DNA of 64,000 bases from an uncultured virus (IMG/VR IMGVR_UViG_3300020048_000099) (taxonomy: Duplodnaviria > Heunggongvirae > Uroviricota > Caudoviricetes): the IMG/VR virus record IMGVR_UViG_3300020048_000099; one strand, written 5' to 3'. Under the pieces are notes generated by a model that was not told the DNA's origin, searched no databases, and saw only the letters and a list, made by a program, of their open reading frames with translations. The translations under genes were made by a program, and so were the position numbers. Position 1 is the stretch's first letter. Each line of letters starts with the position of its first letter. Below, in pieces: positions 9,845 through 18,500 of this stretch.

Positions 9845-10612
9845 TCACCAGTTTTTATATAAAGGAATATTAGTAACTTCAGCAGATAACATAGAAGCTG
9901 ATTTATTTTTATATTTCATAAACTCAGCCTTACCTATTTGTTCTACAAGAGGACCTGGTTTTAAATCATAGCTGCCTAAAATATGATGAAATGCACCACG
10001 TTCTTGTTCATTTTTTTTAAATGTAATACGATAAAATCCAGGAGATATTTTTAAATCTGTACTAATAAATATTTCTTGTTCTAATTCCATGTATAAAATT
10101 ATACTAGTCCAGAAAGATAGAGATAAATCTTTTTTATCTTTAATAGTAAATTTACTTTGTTCACCACCATCCATAAAGAATTTACCTATTACTTTAAGCG
10201 GGTAAGATAGTGTCTCTTTAGAATAACCTAATAACCAATGTTCATTAGTTATTTTTCCATCAAATACAAGTTTATTATTTGTAACTCTAAGACAGTAATT
10301 AAAATCTACACTAGATATATAATATCCAGGAACATCTTCTAATGTAAAATCAGTTAATAGAGAACCATATCCTATCATACACCCTATAAGGGTATCAGCC
10401 ACAGTTATTCTTGGAGTAGTGTTATTCTCACTATCGGCCGCTCTTCTAGGCATCATAGGTATCATTTTACTAGGAGCTTTTTTATCTATATGCAACATAT
10501 ACTTTATATCTAAATCAGCTGAACAAACTATCTCAGTATTATTTCTAACTATAGCTGGTTGTATATCTAAATAACTTTTAAAAGCTAAATATTCTTTAGA
10601 CTGCTCATCCAT
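9845..10612 (-). CDS. Hypothetical protein, probably virion-packaged
   Basis: 255 aa with an H...P.MPRR...EN...PRITVADTLIGC motif; C-terminal SAE...IPLYKNW tag. Confidence 0.6.
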   Translation of the reverse strand: MDEQSKEYLAFKSYLDIQPAIVRNNTEIVCSADLDIKYMLHIDKKAPSKMIPMMPRRAADSENNTTPRITVADTLIGCMIGYGSLLTDFTLEDVPGYYISSVDFNYCLRVTNNKLVFDGKITNEHWLLGYSKETLSYPLKVIGKFFMDGGEQSKFTIKDKKDLSLSFWTSIILYMELEQEIFISTDLKISPGFYRITFKKNEQERGAFHHILGSYDLKPGPLVEQIGKAEFMKYKNKSASMLSAEVTNIPLYKNW

Positions 10613-11015
10613 GATCTTTACCTTTTGTTTTATAGATAATTTCTTTTAAAGCTATTATATCTGCTTGATCTTTAGGTCTATTTAATCTTAACTTCTGTGC
10701 AAGTAATTCATTAGCTGAATAGCAACATACACCTTCAATAATGATTGTTTCATGATGTTTAGTATTAGCATGTAAATCAATTTTACTACTATATTCTAAT
10801 ACTAATACATTGCCAAAGTAATGTGTTTTATATTTATTAGTACTCAATAAAGTATTAAAGAAATAAGAACTTACATCCATATCCATATCGCCTGTTTCAG
10901 TTCTTATACCGTGCATTAAACAAGCACCCCCAGCACCTAATATAAAATCACAAGGCATCAGATTATACTTTTTAAGAAACATATTATATTCTTTAATTAT
11001 TTCTTGTTTGTTCAT
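10605..11015 (-). CDS. Stand-alone nucleotidyltransferase (Pol-beta superfamily, AbiEii/MenT-like)
   Basis: GAGGACLMHG..R.TGDMDMD catalytic signature and C-terminal K...RPKDQAD motif; GGAG RBS. Confidence 0.7.
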   Translation of the reverse strand: MNKQEIIKEYNMFLKKYNLMPCDFILGAGGACLMHGIRTETGDMDMDVSSYFFNTLLSTNKYKTHYFGNVLVLEYSSKIDLHANTKHHETIIIEGVCCYSANELLAQKLRLNRPKDQADIIALKEIIYKTKGKDHG

Positions 11016-11027
11016 TTAAATCTCCAA

Positions 11028-11061
11028 TAAAAAAAAAATAAAGCCGGTCGATTAGACCGGC
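11028..11061 (-). terminator. Intrinsic terminator, cassette copy 1
   Basis: gccggtc-gatta-gaccggc stem followed by a long T run on the minus strand. Confidence 0.8.
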
Positions 11062-11068
11062 ATTACTA

Positions 11069-11377
11069 CTACCCGCAGCGAGCTATCATGCGCGCATATG
11101 CGCATTCCGGGCTTCCACAAATCTCATCGTTGTTACCTTTTGATTTGTGGTCTAACAATAGCCAACTATCACCTCGTCTTATCACAGACTCTTCAGCTAT
11201 TCCCATTAGCCCTCTCATTACCATTTTTTGAAATATACCTGAGCGCGCTCTCAGGTATAATTTTGCTGCGACTTTATTCATTCTTTGCTCTTCTACTGAC
11301 ATCATGTGATACTTTACTACCGGTGAAAGTGATTCATTTTTAACACTTTCTTTTTCAAAACTATTGTTTACTTCCAT
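11069..11377 (-). CDS. Small hypothetical protein, paralogue of 11461-11778
   Basis: Strong AGGAGG RBS; shared motifs EQ..NK.AA.LY, VIRR, WLL, EIC.SPECAYARM.AR.G. Confidence 0.8.
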   Translation of the reverse strand: MEVNNSFEKESVKNESLSPVVKYHMMSVEEQRMNKVAAKLYLRARSGIFQKMVMRGLMGIAEESVIRRGDSWLLLDHKSKGNNDEICGSPECAYARMIARCG

Positions 11378-11432
11378 GATAGCCTCCTAGGCTAAAATAA
11401 AAAGAATATTTTAAATCAGTAATAAAGAATTT

Positions 11433-11455
11433 AAGCCGGTTGATTAGACCGGCTT
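11433..11455 (-). terminator. Terminator-like hairpin, cassette copy 2
   Basis: aagccggttgattagaccggctt, nearly identical to copy 1. Confidence 0.7.
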
Positions 11456-11460
11456 TAGTA

Positions 11461-11778
11461 TTAACCCCAGCGAGCTAACATGCGCGCATATGCGCATTCT
11501 GGAGAGTCGCAAATTTCTGGCGGTGAATCAGTACTAAGACTAACTAGTAGCCACTCTGACTTATCACCTCGTTTTCTTCTGATTACCTTTGCAAAGGCCT
11601 CTTCAGTGCTGTTTTTCAACAGCATGTCTGTAAGGTCTTTCGTCCTCACAGATATGTACAGCTGAGCCGCTGTTTTGTTGCTGCACTGCTCATTCTTTGT
11701 CATTTTTTGATAACCCATGACAACCATAGCTTTGGCATCATACTCTTTACCGCTGGTCCCGCAAGTTGAAACAATCAT
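11461..11778 (-). CDS. Small hypothetical protein, paralogue of 11069-11377
   Basis: Same leader (tttagNctaggaggctatNatg) and conserved C-terminus. Confidence 0.8.
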   Translation of the reverse strand: MIVSTCGTSGKEYDAKAMVVMGYQKMTKNEQCSNKTAAQLYISVRTKDLTDMLLKNSTEEAFAKVIRRKRGDKSEWLLVSLSTDSPPEICDSPECAYARMLARWG

Positions 11779-11843
11779 AATAGCCTCCTAGACTAAATTA
11801 GAACACATGCAACATCTAGCGAAAACTAGACATTCATATACTC

Positions 11844-11882
11844 TATCATCTAAAGTATATGTGGTTAAAATTAGCTTAGAAA
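11844..11882 (-). promoter_or_regulatory. Putative phage promoter motif, copy B
   Basis: TTTCTAA-N15-ATATACTTTAGATGATA upstream of the paralogue pair. Confidence 0.55.
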
Positions 11883-11888
11883 CAGGTT

Positions 11889-12059
11889 TTAATCTCCAGT
11901 CATACTAACTAATACTTGATTTAAAATATCATTGCTAGCCGAGAATACCATTTTATTATCAACACCAACATAATAGTTTTTACTATCTAATAAATTTTTA
12001 ATTTCCACTTTAGCATCATCTGTTAATAGACATGTTAGTGAACACACATCACCATCGAA
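11889..12059 (-). CDS. Virion RNAP beta' subunit (gp180-like), exon 2
   Basis: Not in the ORF track. Manual translation FDGDVCSLTCLLTDDAKVEIKNLLDSKNYYVG...SMTGD* (56 aa) completes the ADFDGD catalytic motif with exon 1. Confidence 0.92.
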   Translation of the reverse strand, partial: FDGDVCSLTCLLTDDAKVEIKNLLDSKNYYVGVDNKMVFSASNDILNQVLVSMTGD

Positions 12060-12432
12060 CCTATTGTCCAGTTAGATCGCGACTCTAACCCGGTGTGCTA
12101 AGACACCCGCTCGTACTTTCGCACGAGAGCAGACTATATCTTCATCCTGACTTATCAGGATGCTCTCCACTTCCCAGGCACTGCCCGGTACACCTTGCTT
12201 AAGGGTTAGTCGTTGAACCTTCTCCACTGCCTAAGACATAGAGGAGCTTGGCTGCTGATTGTCCCTACCTTATCTTTTTCTAACCTTGGCTTCATCTTTC
12301 GATTAGCAGTGGTAGATAAGTCTAACGGGAGATTCCAGCAATTCAAAGAGAATCTATCTAGACATTACTGTCTAGTAGGACAAAACTTAAGTAAGTAATA
12401 CTTTTTTCATTTAAGAAGGGGGACTATTCCCT

Positions 12433-13470
12433 TTAACTACGTGTTTTAAACAATAACTGAGTTGTAGGCCAAGGATCTGAAGTAACTCCTAGTCTAAAAC
12501 GATATCCTTTATAGATCTGATTACCTCTAGTATAAGCTGCTTTTCGTATAGATTTTCGATCTAACTTTAGTAGTTGACCTAAACTAGTGGCATCCCTAGA
12601 GATAATAATATCTTTTGTTTCTTCATTATAAGCCATGATTTCTTGCTGTGACTTATATACTTGCTCATCAAAATCTCTTGTATCGAACCAAGGATCGTCT
12701 TTATATTTAATCTGCCAACCTGATTTAAGAAGTGGCTGCTTCTTTTCAGATAAAGGTACATCAAAGTTAGAATAATCAAAATATTTTGAAGCCTTTCTTA
12801 CGGACTCAAAAACCAATACTTCATCAGTAAAAAGATTGCGAGCCTCAATTTCAAAATTATTAAGTTTATATGAATCTTGAAGTTCTTCTTCAGAAACATT
12901 AGGGAAATCAGTAAGATTATTAGCATTTTTAAATTGATACCCAAATACTGGGGTAAAGTCATTATCTTGAATTCTATTATATACTGTACTATAACCAACT
13001 TTAGTAGCAGTTGAAGCATCTGTCACGGTTTTATAAGATACTATTTCATTAGTTTGAACATTTCGAACTACTACATTAGTATTTTCTTGAGCTAACATCA
13101 CTGCTTTGACTGGATCTTCAGGTATAATCCAATTTCGTTTATCTTCTTTTAACTTAATTTGCGTACCATCCTGAAAGACTTGTCCGAAGTTACACTTGAA
13201 TAACCGATAAGAGATTGCGCCATGGTTTGAATACCCAAGAACCCTAGCGCATTCAGCTAGACTATAATACTCTTTCACTTCACCAGTAATAACATCTCTA
13301 ACTAAGATTCGTTTATGTTGATCTTTTAAATCATTAACATAAGCATGGAGATTATTTTCTCCTCTAGTACACCATTCAAGATTATCTAGTCTATCGTCAC
13401 CTGGTATACCATTAATATGATTTACTGTCAGTACGTCGACATTATCAGGATACTCTTTAAATGTTAAACA
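12433..13470 (-). CDS. Intron-encoded HNH homing endonuclease with NUMOD1-like repeats (5' end in gap)
   Basis: The frame of 12433-13278 stays open to the gap and adds VNHINGIPGDDRLDNLEWCTRGENNLHA (HNH_3); repeated 'VRNV.T.E...Y.S..EAS' DNA-binding modules. Confidence 0.88.
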   Translation of the reverse strand, partial: CLTFKEYPDNVDVLTVNHINGIPGDDRLDNLEWCTRGENNLHAYVNDLKDQHKRILVRDVITGEVKEYYSLAECARVLGYSNHGAISYRLFKCNFGQVFQDGTQIKLKEDKRNWIIPEDPVKAVMLAQENTNVVVRNVQTNEIVSYKTVTDASTATKVGYSTVYNRIQDNDFTPVFGYQFKNANNLTDFPNVSEEELQDSYKLNNFEIEARNLFTDEVLVFESVRKASKYFDYSNFDVPLSEKKQPLLKSGWQIKYKDDPWFDTRDFDEQVYKSQQEIMAYNEETKDIIISRDATSLGQLLKLDRKSIRKAAYTRGNQIYKGYRFRLGVTSDPWPTTQLLFKTRS

Positions 13471-14098
13471 NNNNNNNNNNNNNNNNNNNNNNNNNNNNNN
13501 NNNNNNNNNNNNNNNNNNNNNNNNNNNNNNNNNNNNNNNNNNNNNNNNNNNNNNNNNNNNNNNNNNNNNNNNNNNNNNNNNNNNNNNNNNNNNNNNNNNN
13601 NNNNNNNNNNNNNNNNNNNNNNNNNNNNNNNNNNNNNNNNNNNNNNNNNNNNNNNNNNNNNNNNNNNNNNNNNNNNNNNNNNNNNNNNNNNNNNNNNNNN
13701 NNNNNNNNNNNNNNNNNNNNNNNNNNNNNNNNNNNNNNNNNNNNNNNNNNNNNNNNNNNNNNNNNNNNNNNNNNNNNNNNNNNNNNNNNNNNNNNNNNNN
13801 NNNNNNNNNNNNNNNNNNNNNNNNNNNNNNNNNNNNNNNNNNNNNNNNNNNNNNNNNNNNNNNNNNNNNNNNNNNNNNNNNNNNNNNNNNNNNNNNNNNN
13901 NNNNNNNNNNNNNNNNNNNNNNNNNNNNNNNNNNNNNNNNNNNNNNNNNNNNNNNNNNNNNNNNNNNNNNNNNNNNNNNNNNNNNNNNNNNNNNNNNNNN
14001 NNNNNNNNNNNNNNNNNNNNNNNNNNNNNNNNNNNNNNNNNNNNNNNNNNNNNNNNNNNNNNNNNNNNNNNNNNNNNNNNNNNNNNNNNNNNNNNNNN
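13471..14098. other. Assembly gap (628 N)
   Basis: Run of n bases. Confidence 1.
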
Positions 14099-15544
14099 AT
14101 CAGCAGTTAATCTTTTCAAATGCCCCACTGCCGGAGACATAGAATTATAAAAAGTAGAAGATTTCAATGGAAACTCTATGGCTAAGTCGCCTGTTTCATT
14201 CCAGTTATCATCTAATTCTTTTCTTACTTCAGAGTTTATAGTAGTCTTTAAATACATGTAACATGGATATATACTACCATAACCGGTTATAGGATATCTA
14301 GTAAATAGCCCAGGTATCTTTTCAGATCCTTTATAAACTGAGATATATAAAAGTTCTGTGTAAGTTATAGGACTAACATCCTCAGGTGATCTACCTTCAG
14401 GCAATTCATCTATATCTTGTAAAAATTTAAATGTCCCATCTTTACCTTTATATATTAATCCTAAATAATAGTCATCTATTAATAATGGTTCATGTCTTAA
14501 GTTCTCTTCACCAAAACTAGCCATTATTTTTTCTAGTCCTTCATATGTCATCCACTTATCATAATACTTAGGATCTAGATTAACCATTTCTTTTTTTAAT
14601 GTTTTTTTATTAACTAATATAGCCGGTGTATTTGGTCCAGTAAACACTCTAGAAAGATAATCATCTCTAACTTGTTTTATAGCTAAAGGTAATATATTTC
14701 TTAAATATTGATATAGTCCAATAATAGTTTGATTAGCTTTTACAGTATTAATACCATGTAATTTAGATGTTGTAGGTATATGAGAAGTGATAACATTTCT
14801 AGTACTATTAAAAATCTTTCTACTGGCCCATTTACCTAATATTAACTTAGACTTTCCTTCTAATAGACTTTTAATATAATCGTAAATTTCATTAACGGCT
14901 ATTTGAAGATTATTTCTTATATTGTCTAAATAAGAACTATTAGTTTTAGTATTAACATTAGAGGTCATACTAGATAAAGATATAACTTTTCTATATAGTT
15001 TATTTATTTCATCTTCCGATGGTTTACCATTAGTATCAATTATATAATCTCTCATTCCTGCTGGCAATATTATTAACTTATCTAGTAGACATTTATCTTT
15101 ATATTTAGTTATTAGTTTAATATTAAATTCTCTTTTACTACTAGGTCTTTCTTCAAACTTTAATTTATCTAAATGATCTAAAAAGAAGCTATACCCAGTT
15201 TTACCATCTATGGGATCAGATTTTTCAAAGTCATTTAATTCTTTATTAAAAACAGCATATACCTTACCTGTTAATATGCCACCATATAGTTCTTTAAGTT
15301 CACATAATGTTTTATAAATAATTGGATGAAGTATAGAAATATTCATATCAACATAAGAATATAACCTATTGCGTCTTTCTTCACCAACTTTACCAAATAT
15401 CTCTATACTGTATAAACCGTCAGGATGAAAGTTACTACTGAATCCATCGGTTATGTCGAGTACCTTAACTGGTCTCATGGCTTTAATATCTTGATCACTC
15501 AATATTAGAAGATCTATATTAAAAGGCAGTAAATTAGTTTGCAT
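14099..15544 (-). CDS. Virion RNAP beta' subunit (gp180-like), exon 1
   Basis: FHPDGLYSIEIFG, LPAGMRD, LEGKSK, STRNVIT and TRYP motifs; ends HLKRLTAD at the splice site; the spliced product is about 538 aa. Confidence 0.9.
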
Positions 15545-15587
15545 AGTAGTAATCTTCTGGAAAAGTATTAATAAAAAGGAAATTAAA

Positions 15588-18500
15588 ATGGCAAAAGTAG
15601 TAGATCATGATTTTGACGATTTTAAATTAGATGAAGATCTAAATTTTGATAACTTCGATATGGGTGCATTAGACACCGTTATCAGTAAAGAAGCTAAAGC
15701 AAAAGATAGAAATCCTGTTATAACGGTTGTATCAGATGCTAGCAGAGGTGTCATAAAAGGTGCTACCAATAAACTAACAGATCCTAGCTTTTTAGGTGGC
15801 ATTGTAAAGGACGCACTACCTGATACATATAGAGAAACATTAAACACAGTAGACGAAGTATCTGGTACAGCATTATCTCTATATGATAACGCTGTTAAAG
15901 AAATAAGACCCCAGTTAAGTCGTTTTGCTACCAAAGTAGATAGATTAGTTCCAGAAGAATCAAAATTATTAAAAAAGCTAACTAGTGGATTTAGTAATTT
16001 TGTTGGTCCTGAAGAAACTAAATATAAATCTATGAGTAAAGAGGAGATACAGAATCAGTCTATAGCATCTTCTTTATCATCTATATTTGATGCACAACAA
16101 AATACAACATTAGAATTAGCTGCTCGTGATAGTATTGAAGATAAAATTAAAGATAAAATAGAACAAAGAAGATTTACTAGTAACTATGGTTTACTTAGTT
16201 CTATAAGTAGTAACATAAATAGATTAACTATTTACAATGATAAGATTAATCAAGCTTATCAAAAGAAATCATTAGAAATACAATTAAGAAGCTATTTTGT
16301 ACAAACAGAAACATTACAAACTACTAGTAAATATTTTGAAATATTTAAAGCACAAAATGAAGTTATAGTTAAAAATACAGCATTACCTGAATTTGTTAAA
16401 ATACATAATAGTGAAAGATTTCAAGAAATAGCAAGATCAAAATTATTTGGTAAAATACAGAATTCTATATTTGGAGATGAAAGTACAATAGGTAAAGGAA
16501 TTAAAAATATAGCTAATAGCGCTAAACAATTTATTAGTAGTTTTAAAGATGGTTTAGAAAATGCTATATCTGGCGTAGAAGCCATGGAGCAAATAAAAGA
16601 GTTAAATGACTCAGCAGCTGAGTTTGGTGGCGAGTCTATAACTGCAGCCGGTATGGGAGGAGAAGCTGCCGCTGGTTGGGCAGCAGATTGGCTTGGTGGT
16701 AAGGTAACAGGTGGACTAAAGAAATTTTTAGATTCTCGTCCTGAAGTAGCTGAGAACGGATATAAACTTGCTAACATGTTAAAAAATACAGGAGGCAAAG
16801 CTAAAGGATATAGATTATCAGACGAGCATGAAGCTAGATTAAACAAAGATGGAATTAAAGGTAAAGCAGCATCAATCTTTGATTGGTTTTTAAGTAATTT
16901 TCAAGATACAGCTCCAAATTTATCTATAGCCGACGTAAACTCATCAGCTAAATTAAATGAGCCAAGTATATTTTCAGAAAAAACTCAAAAGAGTATAACT
17001 GAAATAATACCAGGATATTTATCACGTATACTTAGAGAAGTTACGTCTATTAGTACCGGTGATAAAAACACTGATCTAGTTATGTTTGATTATGGAACTA
17101 GTAAGTTTATTAATAAGAAAGCTCTTTCAGACAAAATAATTAAACGGTTACAAGATAAATCTAAACAAACTTCAGTTAGTCATAGAGTAGATAATGTAGC
17201 TAAAGAATTATTAGGTGATACTCAAGTAAACGATGGTGATTCAAATACCATAAAAAACTTTTTAGCTAATATATCTACCCTTACAAATTTTGATCGCACT
17301 CCAGAAAACATCAAAAAAACTAAATATTTTAAAGACTTACCGGAACATATTAAGAAGATAATTAGTGATTCTTTAGATAGCAAATTTGCTGAAGGTCCAA
17401 AATTTGAAGAAAATAAATATAAATTTGATTCTGGTATGGATAATCTATCATCATCAATGAAAGATTTACGTGGTGATATATTAGACATAGTAAATTCTGG
17501 TAATGCAGAAATATTAGAAGATAACGGATTATTAAAACAAACAGAATCAGGTCGGTATTATGCAGATAGAGAACAGTACTTTAATTTATTAAAACAACCT
17601 ATAAATAAAGATATAGATACAGATAACCACTTTGGATCTTTATCAGATGTTCATGCAAAACGTAGTATAGTTAAATATAGTCCTAAGAAAACACTAGAAG
17701 GAATAAATAAAACCAAACTATTTAACTGGAGATATAAAGAAGGTAAAGGAGATAACGAGCCACATATGGGACCTATGGCTCAAGATCTAAATAAGAACCT
17801 GGGTGAGGAAGCTGCCCCAGGTGGAACTAAAATAGATCTAACAACTATGAACGGTGCCAATATGGCTGCTATTCAAGCTCTTAAAGATGAGCAAGATAAG
17901 CAACTTAAAGGTAAAGACACAGAAGTAATTTTAGAAAAAATTAGAGATAATACTTCTGAGATTATTGAAATAATAAAAGGTAAATCTTTTAATTTTGGTT
18001 TTGGTTCTTTAGGCGGGACCGGAGGAAGTACGCAAAATACTGGAAAAGAGTATTCTGATATAGCTGGAAATATATTTACTAATACTGCCAAATTAATAGG
18101 TAAATCAGCTAATGATATATTTGAGTCAGCTGGAAAAACATTTACTTTTGCTAAAGATAAAGGAATTAAACCATTAATAAAAGGTTTAGATAGCCTATAT
18201 GAGAATAATAAAGATAGCGCCGGTAAAGCAATTAAATCAATAATAACTGGCGCAGGCACATTAGCATCTACTTTATTTAAAACTACTAGTGACTTAATAA
18301 CAGATATAGTTCCAAAAGGTTTAAAGAAATTAAAAGAAGTAGCTACCAAAACTAAAGACTTTATAAGTAAAACACTAGTAAAAAATGTTGATATTTATAT
18401 TAGAGGTATGAGTGTTCCAGTCATACGAGCTAACTTATTAGAACTAGGTGAATATTTTGACGCTAAAACAGGAGAAGTAATCACTAGTATAACAGAAATT

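Larger units (their letters stand above)
12060..14098 (-). mobile_element. Group I self-splicing intron (IA-like) carrying an HNH homing endonuclease; 5' part lies in the assembly gap
   Basis: Minus strand has P AAUUGCUGGAAUC (12331-12343), Q AAUCAGCAGCCAAG (12247-12260), R GGUUCAACGACUA (12207-12219), S AAGAUAUAGUCU (12131-12142), P8/P9 hairpins and a terminal G at 12060; exon 1 ends in U at 14099. Confidence 0.92.

Noticed and set aside
12433..13278. GTG start for the intron ORF at 13278
   Set aside because: The frame is open to the gap and the HNH motif lies upstream of 13278, so the true start is hidden in the gap.
13457..15544. 695-aa ORF running through the N gap, and the 13461-14150 plus-strand ORF
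   Set aside because: Both are artefacts of translating Ns. The real gene is exon 1 (14099-15544) plus exon 2 (11889-12059).
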